Counted from the first letter of the stretch, positions 18,211-28,643 are shown. The stretch is 46,994 nucleotides of DNA from Promethearchaeota archaeon (GCA_019894975.1 JAGXNO010000028.1:1-46994), one strand, 5' to 3'. The notes: generated by a model not told the origin, from the sequence alone. Translations and numbers: made by a program.

Positions 18211-18777
18211 GTGGAAAAAATGAGTACAGAGAAAGATATTGAACATATAGAACAATCTATGAAGAGTGGCTATATAAGCATGTTAATATTATTAGCTCTT
18301 GAAAAAGAATCCGCAAATGGTTATAAACTAATGAAAATGATATCCGAGGATACTTTTGGCAAGTGGCGTCCCACTAATTCAACAATGTACCCATATCTTT
18401 CAAATCTTACAAAAAAAGGGTTGATCCAATATAAAACGAAGAAAACAGGACAAAGAGAAAGCAAAGAATATTCTCTAACATTGAAGGGTACTAAAAGCTT
18501 AAAAAAGTTAATAAAAAAGCAGCAAGAAATCACTTTATCCATATTCAGTATGATCTCAGCTGTTATAGATGAGCAATTCCTCCCTAGTCAAATTATTGAA
18601 TTTTTCAAACAACCCTTTCATGAAAATATCTTGAGGGGTAAAACAAATGAAGAAAAGATCAACTTAATCAACAAACGTCTTGAAATGTTTGATGTAATTT
18701 TAGATCTTGTAGGAAAAAATAAGATTGAAATGGAAAATGAACTGAAACTACTTAAGAGTAATAAAACTGAGAACTAG
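18211..18777 (+). CDS. PadR-family transcriptional regulator
   Basis: ILLALE.....GYKLM, TMYPYLSNL..KGLI, KEYSLTLKG winged helix. Confidence 0.9.
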   Translation: MEKMSTEKDIEHIEQSMKSGYISMLILLALEKESANGYKLMKMISEDTFGKWRPTNSTMYPYLSNLTKKGLIQYKTKKTGQRESKEYSLTLKGTKSLKKLIKKQQEITLSIFSMISAVIDEQFLPSQIIEFFKQPFHENILRGKTNEEKINLINKRLEMFDVILDLVGKNKIEMENELKLLKSNKTEN

Positions 18778-18831
18778 TCCATTTCCTCATTATGGGAAGT
18801 TATGATACAAAAAATCAATATATTCCTTTCC

Positions 18832-18860
18832 GATATGTCACTTATCGACATGTTTAAATA
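18832..18860 (+). promoter_or_regulatory. Putative PadR operator 2 abutting a TATA box (TTTAAATA) of the ABC operon
   Basis: gatatgt cacttatcg acatgt (18832-18853) running into tttaaata (18853-18860). Confidence 0.6.
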
Positions 18861-19022
18861 GTTACTATTACTCTATTTATAATATCAAATTTTGTGATTT
18901 AAAATAAGACTAATGTTTAAATAAAACAAATTTGATAACATTTGTATAAAAATGCATGATGAGAATTAATTACTCATTATTGCACAAAAATCTAAAAAAA
19001 ACAAAAAAGAGTAAAGAAAAAC

Positions 19023-22000
19023 ATGGGTGTAATACTAAAAATCTCGTTACGTAATATGAAGAGACGTAAAATTCGTTATATTCTAACAACAGTTACCCTT
19101 GTTATTAGCGTCGCGCTATTTGGAGGAGTAATGATCGTTTCCGATTCATTTAATAAAATGATGTTAGATACCTTTGATAAACAAATGGGTACAGCAGATA
19201 TTCTCATTAAACCTGCAAATAGTACTGATGGTTGGTTTGATCCTATTGAAATAAATAGTGAAATCGAAGATATAAAACATGTTGAATCGATAGCCTATAG
19301 AATTACTGGTTTCAATGTTTATGTTAGTGCAACAGATAGTGGAAATCAAGTAGATAATAGTACCAGAACAGGAATAAATGGTATCGATCATCAGGTTCCA
19401 GATGAGCAAGAATTGGGTTCGGAACCATATATATTAGATTCTGTAATTGATGGTGAATCAGTTGAAGATTTTCTCGAATATGTTGATCCAATAAACAATG
19501 ACAGCGTTTTAGTAATCTCAGAATCATTAAAAATAAAATTAGGAAAGGATTTTGAAGCAGGTGATAGTGTGTGGATTTTTCCGGTTAACGGATCACTACT
19601 TGGATACAATCCAATGAATACAGGAACATGGCTTGAATATACTGTTGTCGCAATAATTCGTGATATAGGGGAAGCACGTGATTTTGATCCTGAAAATCCC
19701 TCAGAAGCTTCAATGTTTGCAGAAGGACCAGGTATATATGCAAGTATAAATAACACACGACAAATGGTTGACGGTGTGGGAGAACATACTGGTGAATACA
19801 CTTTAGGAGTTGTAGGTGTTGATAGTATCTACAGTGTCTCATCTGTTGCGGAAGAAATATCCATTAATCTAGAGGCTCTTAATGATGATAAAGATTGGAG
19901 AGTCAATGACTTAAAATCAGACAGTTTAGAGATGATTGAAACATCAATGAGTACGATGCGTACTATGTTTATGATGTTTGCTGTCATAGCATTAGTACTT
20001 TCAGTTATATTGATGATGAACATCTTTAACATCATCAAAAAGGAGCAAGAATATGAAACAGGTATGTTTCAAGCAATAGGGGCATCTAAATCCGAAACGT
20101 TCAAGATGTTCTTGACTCAAGGTGTAGTAATGGGGGTAATTGGAGCATTGATAGGTACAGCTTTTTCCTACCTTATATCGTATGTAATATTTTCAGTTAC
20201 TTTACAAACCATTCAAAGTATTGCTTCTCAAATGGGAGGATTTACTGTTTCAGATTTCACAATTGTTGTATATCCAACAACATTGATAACCACATTCGTA
20301 ATAGGGCTAGTTTCTTGTATTGTAGCTTCGCTTTACCCCAGTTGGAAAGCAAGTAGAAAACCTATTATTGAATGTTTGAATCCTATCGAAGAAAAGTCTA
20401 AAAGAGAGAAAAAACATTATGTGAGAAGAATAATTTTCTTTATTTTGGGAGGTTTACTTATCATTGGTGGATTAATACTCACGTACTCCGGCTCTGAGGC
20501 TACAACCGATGTACAAGCAACTCCTGGACCTCCACAAGGAATGATTTTATCAATGTTTGCTCCTATATTGGTCTTGTTTGGGATCATCTGGTTATTAGCA
20601 CTTAGTATAAAACCTTTTAACAAAGCTTTTGTATACTTGTTTTCACCATATCTTCGAAAAACAAGATTATTAACTGAAAAGAATATCTTAAGACATCGAA
20701 GGAGGACAACTCTTACATTCACAATGATTGCGATAACGACAAGCTTTCTTATTGGGATGAGTGTTATGATGGATTCTATGAGAGCAGGTATTCATACTAC
20801 TGTTAATGACTTTATGGGTGCAGATATTAGAGTAATCACTTTTAATACACCAAGATCTTTTGAAGTCGGGCTTCTCAACCAATCTGGGGTAGATGATGTT
20901 ATGGGCGTGAGCCATCAGAATGCTCAAATTCAAATAGATGGTGAGTGGATTGGGCATAGTTCACTTGAAAGCGAATTTAATGCATCTATTACGGCAAATG
21001 TGGTGGATACAGAAAAAATCAAGGAGCATATGACGAGTACTCAAATTATATCCCCATCATCAATGACACTAAGTGAAATGATGGATGAGACTGCAGGTGG
21101 TAATAACATCATAATTGATGAAAATTTTGCAAAAGATTACGATGTAAATGTTGGTACAAGTATATCAGTTAAATTTTCACTTGGGACAACATTTGCAAAT
21201 TTAACTGCAATGCTCGATAGGGATACTACTAATGCTCAAGAAGATACATTGATAGTAAATATGACCGTGATAGCAATAGTTCGGACAATTCAAGGTTTTT
21301 CTACGGTAGATATAATGGGTTTCGCAAGTGAAGGAAAAACATATAACGTGTTTATTTCTTGGGAGACTTACGAAAATATTGCAAATAAAAACCTTCCCGG
21401 CGGTGGCACTGATTTAGCTTTTAGACAATTAACCCAAACTGGTAATCCTATGTTAGATATAGTGCAACCAAATTGGTTCAATTTTTCTAATGTTGAGACT
21501 ATCTTAAATAGCATCAGCGGAATTGAATATTATACAACCAGAATGGATTATTTTAGTCCAACAGCTTTCAACGGAATTCCCATAGATTTTATGAACCCAA
21601 TTACGGGGATTCATATAAACTCAAGTGGGAAACTAAGATCTGATTCTTATTTCGGGAATAACAGTCTTGTAGGCCAAAAAGTAGGATATTCAGGAGATAC
21701 CATGGAAGAACTTTTAAACACGACTGGGAATGTATGTGTTGTTGATGATCTCTTTATGATGCTCAATCCTACAATAGGAATAGGAGACAATATAACTATT
21801 TTTCCACAACAGTTTATATTAAATACTGTTAATGCGGGTATTTTTCCATATAGTTCGATAGCGATACCCTATATGAGTAACTATACATCAATAGCGGGGA
21901 GTACAGCGAATTTAACTCTCTCTGATGATGTGTACCTTTCATTTGAAAGTAATCAAGAGTGGCTCGCCTTTAACATAACGACAAGCTTATTTACACCGAA

Positions 22001-23186
22001 TTTTTATAAAGCAGTTAACGTTACAATCGAAACTTCAGTCAATTCTTCAGTAGAAATGCTTGAATTGGAAGCACTCAACATTTATACTAATTCATTTGAA
22101 AAACTTGGTTCCATTGATAATAGCATAGAGACAAACAACACCTTTTACTTTGATATGAATCATAACTATGTTGATCAGATGAACAATATTAATTTAAGAG
22201 TAGTTGGATATAATTCAACATATAATGGGAATTATAACTTAACCATAGACAGTCTGAAATTTGGACTCGCAACTTCAATTTATAACACAACCGCTACAAC
22301 CTGGCCAGAGTTTGAAATTATTGGAGTAATTGAGGCACCTACTCTATATAATAGCGAAAAGTATAATTGGTATGCTGGTTTTGAAACAGGTTATGATATA
22401 AGTGGAAATTCAATATACTTAAGTTATGAAAATGCAAGAAATATTGTCTTTCCTGCTTATAAGGGTGCTGACTATTCTAATGACTTGGTAACTTCTGTGT
22501 TAGTCCACGGTGATCAGCCAGAAAACATCTCAATTTATAGAAATCTATTGTTTCAAAATCTACATTTCATGGCAGGGGGATATTGGTCAATTATAGATCT
22601 CAAAAGTTTCACCCTTGCAATTAGAACGAATGTTTATGACTGGTTTGCCTGGGTGGAAGCAGGAGTGCATGATGAAGACGTTCTTGAAGAAATTGTCGGT
22701 TATATAGAAGATAGAGGTTATCTTATTATATTCGCTTTTACTAAATCTTTTGCAAGTTCGATATTCCGAACAATGATTAATCTCATTACTTTCATAACTA
22801 ATGGGTTACTTATTTTTTCCATAATAATCGCAATGATTGGGTTGACTCTTCATAGTCTTCTCACAACTATGGCACGTAGGAGAGAGATAGGAATGTTGAG
22901 GGCAATAGGATTAGATAAAAAAGGAGTAATTCATTCAATATCCGGAGAAACGTTAATACTAGCTCTTCTGGGCGTGTTTGCTGGAATTTTTGCTGGTATA
23001 GCTGAAGGATCTCTAATGGTTGATGCAATGCCTACAGGGGGTTTTCTAAGTGTTACTTGGACTATTCCTTGGCTAACTATTGTTATTTTAGTAGCTACTG
23101 TTTTAATCACAGTAATTCTAAGCTCACGATATCCAGCAAAATGGGCAGCAAACCTGAACATTATAGATGCGGTAAGAACTAGATAA
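19023..23186 (+). CDS. Giant MacB/FtsX/LolCE-type ABC permease (two FtsX TM modules, expanded extracellular domains)
   Basis: RNMKRRKIR..LT, EYETGMFQAIGAS, KNILRHRRRT.LT, RRREIGMLRAIG, YPAKWAANLNIIDAVR. Confidence 0.92.
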   Translation: MGVILKISLRNMKRRKIRYILTTVTLVISVALFGGVMIVSDSFNKMMLDTFDKQMGTADILIKPANSTDGWFDPIEINSEIEDIKHVESIAYRITGFNVYVSATDSGNQVDNSTRTGINGIDHQVPDEQELGSEPYILDSVIDGESVEDFLEYVDPINNDSVLVISESLKIKLGKDFEAGDSVWIFPVNGSLLGYNPMNTGTWLEYTVVAIIRDIGEARDFDPENPSEASMFAEGPGIYASINNTRQMVDGVGEHTGEYTLGVVGVDSIYSVSSVAEEISINLEALNDDKDWRVNDLKSDSLEMIETSMSTMRTMFMMFAVIALVLSVILMMNIFNIIKKEQEYETGMFQAIGASKSETFKMFLTQGVVMGVIGALIGTAFSYLISYVIFSVTLQTIQSIASQMGGFTVSDFTIVVYPTTLITTFVIGLVSCIVASLYPSWKASRKPIIECLNPIEEKSKREKKHYVRRIIFFILGGLLIIGGLILTYSGSEATTDVQATPGPPQGMILSMFAPILVLFGIIWLLALSIKPFNKAFVYLFSPYLRKTRLLTEKNILRHRRRTTLTFTMIAITTSFLIGMSVMMDSMRAGIHTTVNDFMGADIRVITFNTPRSFEVGLLNQSGVDDVMGVSHQNAQIQIDGEWIGHSSLESEFNASITANVVDTEKIKEHMTSTQIISPSSMTLSEMMDETAGGNNIIIDENFAKDYDVNVGTSISVKFSLGTTFANLTAMLDRDTTNAQEDTLIVNMTVIAIVRTIQGFSTVDIMGFASEGKTYNVFISWETYENIANKNLPGGGTDLAFRQLTQTGNPMLDIVQPNWFNFSNVETILNSISGIEYYTTRMDYFSPTAFNGIPIDFMNPITGIHINSSGKLRSDSYFGNNSLVGQKVGYSGDTMEELLNTTGNVCVVDDLFMMLNPTIGIGDNITIFPQQFILNTVNAGIFPYSSIAIPYMSNYTSIAGSTANLTLSDDVYLSFESNQEWLAFNITTSLFTPNFYKAVNVTIETSVNSSVEMLELEALNIYTNSFEKLGSIDNSIETNNTFYFDMNHNYVDQMNNINLRVVGYNSTYNGNYNLTIDSLKFGLATSIYNTTATTWPEFEIIGVIEAPTLYNSEKYNWYAGFETGYDISGNSIYLSYENARNIVFPAYKGADYSNDLVTSVLVHGDQPENISIYRNLLFQNLHFMAGGYWSIIDLKSFTLAIRTNVYDWFAWVEAGVHDEDVLEEIVGYIEDRGYLIIFAFTKSFASSIFRTMINLITFITNGLLIFSIIIAMIGLTLHSLLTTMARRREIGMLRAIGLDKKGVIHSISGETLILALLGVFAGIFAGIAEGSLMVDAMPTGGFLSVTWTIPWLTIVILVATVLITVILSSRYPAKWAANLNIIDAVRTR

Positions 23187-23217
23187 ATTTTATTTATAAA
23201 CAGAAATGGTGTAAAAA

Positions 23218-24018
23218 ATGTCAATCGAAAAGAAAAAAGGAAGGATGAATAAAGAACGAAGAGCTACAGCAAAATCAATTAGAATTGATCCAGATATAGT
23301 TCTTACTGTTCAAGATCTCACAAAAACTTACACTATAGGTAATTCAACAATTACAGCGCTGAATAAGGTTAATCTTACAATTAGAAAAGGAGAATTTATT
23401 GCAGTAGTAGGACCATCTGGTTCAGGAAAAACGACATTAATTAATTGTTTAGGAGCTCTAGATTTTCCAGATTCAGGTAAGATTATATATAATGTTGACT
23501 CTAAGGGAATGGGACTTGATATAATGTTTATGACCAATAAGCAACATAAAAAAATGCGATTGAGAAAGATTGGATTAATTTTTCAATTTTATAATCTTTT
23601 CCCAATTCTTACAGCTTTCGAAAACGTGGAACTTCCGATGGTAATTGATAAAATAGATCCTAAATTGAGAGAGGAAAGAGTTAAAAGTCTACTAAAAAGA
23701 ATTGGACTTGAAGAAAGAATGGAACATCTACCAACCCAGATGTCGGGTGGAGAACAACAAAGAGTCACAATAGCAAGGGCTTTAGTTAACGATCCTCTTA
23801 TCATTCTTGCAGATGAACCAACAGGTGAACTTGATACGGAAACAACTACAAACATTATGAAAATTTTTCTTGATTTAAAAAAAGCTGGCGAATCGATTTT
23901 AATGGTAACACATAATATCAGAATAGCGGAAGTAGCAGACAGGATTATCACTCTTACTGATGGAGAATTCATTGGAGAAAAAAAAGGGGGAAAATCAATT
24001 GAAGATATCTACAATTAG
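23218..24018 (+). CDS. ABC ATPase, LolD/MacB-like
   Basis: GPSGSGKT, IFQFYNL, MSGGEQQRV, ILADEPTGELD, VTH. Confidence 0.95.
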   Translation: MSIEKKKGRMNKERRATAKSIRIDPDIVLTVQDLTKTYTIGNSTITALNKVNLTIRKGEFIAVVGPSGSGKTTLINCLGALDFPDSGKIIYNVDSKGMGLDIMFMTNKQHKKMRLRKIGLIFQFYNLFPILTAFENVELPMVIDKIDPKLREERVKSLLKRIGLEERMEHLPTQMSGGEQQRVTIARALVNDPLIILADEPTGELDTETTTNIMKIFLDLKKAGESILMVTHNIRIAEVADRIITLTDGEFIGEKKGGKSIEDIYN

Positions 24019-24037
24019 TAAATTGGAGGAATAAAAG

Positions 24038-24802
24038 ATGAGAAAATCAAAAAAGGGTAATGAAGCGAGCCAAGTGATTCAAGAAGTAAAAGATTATGAA
24101 TTAGATCCTGAAGCAATGATCCAAACATTTGAATTAGCAAAAATCTATAATATTACTGAAGGCATTGAAATTAGAGCTTTAAATGGTGTTAGCATTGATG
24201 TTAAGAAAGGAGAATTTGTATCTGTTATGGGTCCATCAGGTTCTGGAAAAACTACGCTTCTAAACATGATTGGTGCTCTTGATAATCCAACAAGTGGCGC
24301 TGTATATATCAACCGAACAAATGTGGCTCATATGGATGATAAACAGCGTACAAATTTAAGACTTAAAGAAATAGGATTTATATTTCAATTCTATAACCTT
24401 GTACCGGTTCTCTCAGCTTATGAAAATGTGGAACTTCCAATGTTATTTGCAGGAAAACCTAAACAGGAAATAGAAAAAAATGTTAATAAATTTCTTGATG
24501 TTGTTGGTTTAAATGAGAAAAGGGATCATCTACCATCAGAACTATCAGGTGGGGAACAACAAAGAGTTGCTATTGCTCGTGCGTTATGTAATGAACCTTC
24601 TATTCTAATTGCTGATGAACCGACCGGTGAACTCGATACAAAAATGGGTATGGAGATAGTTAAATTATTGCGAGAACTAAATTTGGAACTTCATCAAACT
24701 ATTTTAATGGTGACACACGACCCATCGATTGGTGCACTTGCTGAAAGAATGCTAAAAATGCGAGACGGAAAGATTATTGATACTATAATCACAAATAATT
24801 AA
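24038..24802 (+). CDS. Second ABC ATPase, LolD/MacB-like
   Basis: GPSGSGKT, LSGGEQQRV, ADEPTGELD, VTHD; GGAGG RBS. Confidence 0.95.
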   Translation: MRKSKKGNEASQVIQEVKDYELDPEAMIQTFELAKIYNITEGIEIRALNGVSIDVKKGEFVSVMGPSGSGKTTLLNMIGALDNPTSGAVYINRTNVAHMDDKQRTNLRLKEIGFIFQFYNLVPVLSAYENVELPMLFAGKPKQEIEKNVNKFLDVVGLNEKRDHLPSELSGGEQQRVAIARALCNEPSILIADEPTGELDTKMGMEIVKLLRELNLELHQTILMVTHDPSIGALAERMLKMRDGKIIDTIITNN

Positions 24803-24830
24803 ATTTATTTTTTTAATATTTTTTTTTTAC
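24803..24830 (+). terminator. Archaeal oligo-T terminator after the ABC operon
   Basis: T7 and T10 runs immediately after the stop codon. Confidence 0.5.
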
Positions 24831-24987
24831 TATTTTTGGAATTTTAATATTAAGCTATATTTATTTGGTGGAAAGTGTTCCCATTTATTCTAATTTCATG
24901 TTAAAACTTTATTTTAAATAAAAAATATAACCTAATTAATTCTATATCTTTCAGTGTAAATAATTAGACAAGAAAATTGACGATATT

Positions 24988-26247
24988 ATGTTCCAAGAGA
25001 AAATTATAAATGATGAAATTCTTGAAAAAATGTCATTGGAAAATGTCTTTAAAATCTTCAATGATAATGTTTTTCCCATGTTGAATTCAGAAGAGCGTGA
25101 GTATTGTGCTAATCTTCAAGAAGTTTGTTTAGATATAAGCCCAAAAATTGATCGATCTAAAGATGTCTATGGATTACTCTCCGAACTGGGAAAATATGGT
25201 TATGTTCAGAGGATTAATCCTTGGAAAGACTTCAAACCTTTTGGGATGAAGAAAGAAATATTATTAGGGGCTCACATTTCAATGCTAGATCCCCAATTAG
25301 AATTAGCACGTGTTGCAAGTGGAATTCTATGTGGTAATCCTACTTTTCATTATTATGAACATGGGGGAGAATCTGAAGTACCAAAGAGAGTTCAAGATGA
25401 GTTATTGTCTGGGCAAAAAGTTGGTTGTATCGGAATTACTGAACCTGAAAGGGGCTCTGATGCAGTTAACATGACAACTATATGTACAAAAACCGATGAT
25501 GGAATCATATATAATGGCGAAAAAGTCTATACAACCAATGGTCCTAAAGCTGATTACTTCTGTTGCTATGGTGTCTATGATGATTCAAATCCAAGAGATA
25601 CAATGGTACAAAGCCTTATTGCTCGAGAATTTGGTGTCAAAACTAAGCGATTAAAAATAAATTCGGTGCCTCGTGTTCATATTTCACATACTATCTTAGA
25701 TAATGTGAAAGTACCCCTAGATTATGTGCTTGCTGATAATGGAATGGGGTATAAAAGACTTTTTGAAGGATTAGTTCCTGAACGACTTGCAATAATGGGA
25801 AGTGGGATAGGAATTTGTTGGGCAGGAATTATTTACGGTATCATATACACCAATTTAAGAAAACAATTTGGTAAACCTGTAATACGATATCAAGGAGTTG
25901 GGTATGGATTAGCGGATTTATTAACTAAATCTAATGCTGCGACTGCATTGGCTCTTCAAGCGGCAACTGTGTATGATGAAAAAATACTGTTTGCTGATCA
26001 ACCTTCGAAAGAAGCAGGAAAATGGACAGCTGCAATTTCTTCACAAGGTAAATATTATGTAGCAAAACTAACTCATGAAATCTGCTACGAAACACAGCAA
26101 CTTGTTGGTGGGATCAGTGTAACGGATAATACTCCTTTAGATGAGTTATCTGATGTAAGTAAAATTGAAGAAGTTATCGGTGGAGCAAGAAATATACAAC
26201 TCCTTTTAATTCAAGGGCAAATACAACGTTATATTGGATTATTATAA
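24988..26247 (+). CDS. Acyl-CoA dehydrogenase
   Basis: ITEPERGSDA, NGEKVYTTNG, ERL, RKQFGKPV..YQ, GGISV. Confidence 0.92.
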   Translation: MFQEKIINDEILEKMSLENVFKIFNDNVFPMLNSEEREYCANLQEVCLDISPKIDRSKDVYGLLSELGKYGYVQRINPWKDFKPFGMKKEILLGAHISMLDPQLELARVASGILCGNPTFHYYEHGGESEVPKRVQDELLSGQKVGCIGITEPERGSDAVNMTTICTKTDDGIIYNGEKVYTTNGPKADYFCCYGVYDDSNPRDTMVQSLIAREFGVKTKRLKINSVPRVHISHTILDNVKVPLDYVLADNGMGYKRLFEGLVPERLAIMGSGIGICWAGIIYGIIYTNLRKQFGKPVIRYQGVGYGLADLLTKSNAATALALQAATVYDEKILFADQPSKEAGKWTAAISSQGKYYVAKLTHEICYETQQLVGGISVTDNTPLDELSDVSKIEEVIGGARNIQLLLIQGQIQRYIGLL

Positions 26248-26306
26248 TTTTTTTTTATTTTCTTTTTATTCATTTAGAAACTCATTATTCTAGCTTTTTT
26301 TCTATT

Positions 26307-27122
26307 TTAAATAAAAAACAAACTTAGAATTGAAGTTATAATTGATTTTAAGCTAACTCCTAAAAGAAAACAAAATATAATAATCTGAAATTTTATTACG
26401 GGTATTTTCGGAGTAATCTTATGACCAAGTATAGTACCTAAGAATATTAAAGGTAATGCTAGTACAAACAAAAATAATAAATCATATGGGAATACTCCAC
26501 CTTCAATGAAATAAAAAGGGATTCTTGAAATAGATAATACTGTCCCAGTAGCAGCAAAGTTTCCAATGAAATTCTCTCTATAATGCCCTGTTTTTTCCAG
26601 CAATGCAACATTGAGAGGTCCTGCAGCACTGATTAAGCCTGTAAATAAACCATAAGAAAAACCTCCGAGATAAATAACTGGTGAAGATGAATTTATCTTA
26701 TTCTTTTTCTCAACTTCTATGAATTCGCTAATATTATTGAATTCAGGATTATTGCGATATTTAGTATATTGAATAAGTTTTAGGGAAGAATAGGTTAGAA
26801 CAAATATCCCAAAGATTAATTCTATCAATTCTAATCTAATGGTTATTACCAAATAAGTTGCAAAAATCGTAGCAGGAACACCTAATGCTATGAATCGATA
26901 AAAATATGCTCTATCTAAATGCTCATGATATTTAATGAAATTAAGCAAAGCAGGAAAAGTCCCCCAGATATTCGTTAATATCACAGCATTTCTTATCCCA
27001 ATGATTGGAGTTATTATAGGAATTAAAACTAAAGCGTTACCAAAACCAATAATACCTTGAACCATACTCGAGATAAAAATTGCTGTTAATGATAGAAAAA
27101 GAATCATAAGGTAATTGTGCAA
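26307..27122 (-). CDS. TauE/SafE (sulfite exporter / TSUP) membrane protein
   Basis: QGIIGFGNAL..IP, GLFTGLISAAGP, LGTILG; multiple TMs. Confidence 0.85.
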   Translation of the reverse strand: MHNYLMILFLSLTAIFISSMVQGIIGFGNALVLIPIITPIIGIRNAVILTNIWGTFPALLNFIKYHEHLDRAYFYRFIALGVPATIFATYLVITIRLELIELIFGIFVLTYSSLKLIQYTKYRNNPEFNNISEFIEVEKKNKINSSSPVIYLGGFSYGLFTGLISAAGPLNVALLEKTGHYRENFIGNFAATGTVLSISRIPFYFIEGGVFPYDLLFLFVLALPLIFLGTILGHKITPKIPVIKFQIIIFCFLLGVSLKSIITSILSLFFI

Positions 27123-27211
27123 ACTCTTCCTAACGTAAAATCTTTTAGATTGAACCTTCCTTTACATATTAGTCTGAAAAAAAGGAATAATTATTATATT
27201 TCCTGATAATA

Positions 27212-27952
27212 TCAATACATTTCATTAATTTTTTTCTGAGGACTTTTTTTCTTTTTTCCAAAAAGGAGTCTCTTATTCTTTTCTACAAATTTCCATCCAA
27301 ATCCCGTTAATTCCGCAAGGGGTCCTTCGAGGCCCTTTGGGTTTCCTGTCTTAGTATAAGTAATTTCTGTATTTTTTATTGCTTTAAATACTTGATAAGG
27401 ATTTTTATACTTATCGATTAAAGCTTTCGCTTTTTTTGGACCAATATCTACCAAACCCTCAATAATAAAAGATCGTCTATCCTTTTTTGACATTTCTTTG
27501 GGCGCCCTTCTTGATAGTAACGGCATACTATCTTTGATTTGCTCTCTGTATGCAATTCTTTCAATCACTATTACTGTATCCTCTAAGTTTCTAGTGGGAA
27601 TGACAGATATTCCTAACTTGTATGATATATATGAAAGAGCACCATAAATTGATGAGATTTTCATACCTGTGTTTTCGAAAACCTTATCATTTAAACCTTC
27701 CAATATTAAGATTGGGTAAGTATATGTATCTTTTAGCCGTAATAATTGTTCAAATAATCGATTATCCATTATCGAAGACACAAAATCAAAACCTTCTTTT
27801 CTCTCAATCGCAACTTCACTGGAAATAACAATATCTGCAATATCCAATTGTTTTGATTCATAAGCAATATTTTCTTTTTTTTTATCAAGTAGTGCTTTAA
27901 GTTTATTTTCTCTATAATCAATAATTATATGGATCTGTTGAACTTGTGTCAT
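27212..27952 (-). CDS. xpf: Short XPF/ERCC4 structure-specific endonuclease
   Basis: IIIDYRE, LDIADI, IERK...DFVSSI.D.RL..Q, LILEG, HhH (LVDIGPKKAKAL); no helicase domain. Confidence 0.88.
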   Translation of the reverse strand: MTQVQQIHIIIDYRENKLKALLDKKKENIAYESKQLDIADIVISSEVAIERKEGFDFVSSIMDNRLFEQLLRLKDTYTYPILILEGLNDKVFENTGMKISSIYGALSYISYKLGISVIPTRNLEDTVIVIERIAYREQIKDSMPLLSRRAPKEMSKKDRRSFIIEGLVDIGPKKAKALIDKYKNPYQVFKAIKNTEITYTKTGNPKGLEGPLAELTGFGWKFVEKNKRLLFGKKKKSPQKKINEMY

Positions 27953-28096
27953 AATGCTATTTAAAATTATACTAGTTGGATATTAAATATTTAGCATTTG
28001 AATTATTAAAGGAATGATGTCAGGCTTAATAAAAAAAATCGGATTAAAAACTTGATTTTTCAATTGCTAATAAATGTTATCTTCAAGCTTCAGATT

Positions 28097-28612
28097 TCAT
28101 TTTTCTACTTTTATAATTGGACTTAGATAATCCCCCTTTAAGTAACACTTAATCTCTCTTACATGATATAATTTATTTACTTTTATTATAAAAATTGAAC
28201 TTGCAACTCCAATGCTTTCAGTAATAATAACAATTGGGTTGATTAATAATTGATTAAACCAGTAAAAGAGTGGTTCTTCAAGGATTACAAAATCATATAA
28301 AATGAAAGGATATAACAATGGGATATCAGGGAAATCTAATATTAAATGAATACTCATCCCTACAAGAAATGGAATTGAAACCTTAAGGTTTCTTTTAGTA
28401 ATGAGAAAAAGAATTGCAAAATTTATTAGAACGAAAAATATATTATGAGAAAGAAATCTTCCATTTCCTAAACCTAATAGGAGTAATGGTTTATCAATTA
28501 TATCTGGAAATAAAGAACCAATTAATAATGCAAGTCTGTTAAATTCCCTTTTTTTAATAACTGGAATCTCCGAAATTAATAATGGTAAAGACGCATGAAA
28601 TATTAGAAAAAT
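28097..28612 (-). CDS. Membrane-bound metal-dependent hydrolase (YdjM-like); full ORF longer than the track, probable ATT start
   Basis: In-frame upstream extension IFLIFH...GSLFPDIIDKP...GRFLSH joins HLILD...LLYPF; purine-rich GAGGAAGAGGG just upstream of ATT 28612. Confidence 0.8.
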   Translation of the reverse strand: MFLIFHASLPLLISEIPVIKKREFNRLALLIGSLFPDIIDKPLLLLGLGNGRFLSHNIFFVLINFAILFLITKRNLKVSIPFLVGMSIHLILDFPDIPLLYPFILYDFVILEEPLFYWFNQLLINPIVIITESIGVASSIFIIKVNKLYHVREIKCYLKGDYLSPIIKVEK

Positions 28613-28643
28613 TTTTGTTCCCTCTTCCTCTAAATAAGAATCA

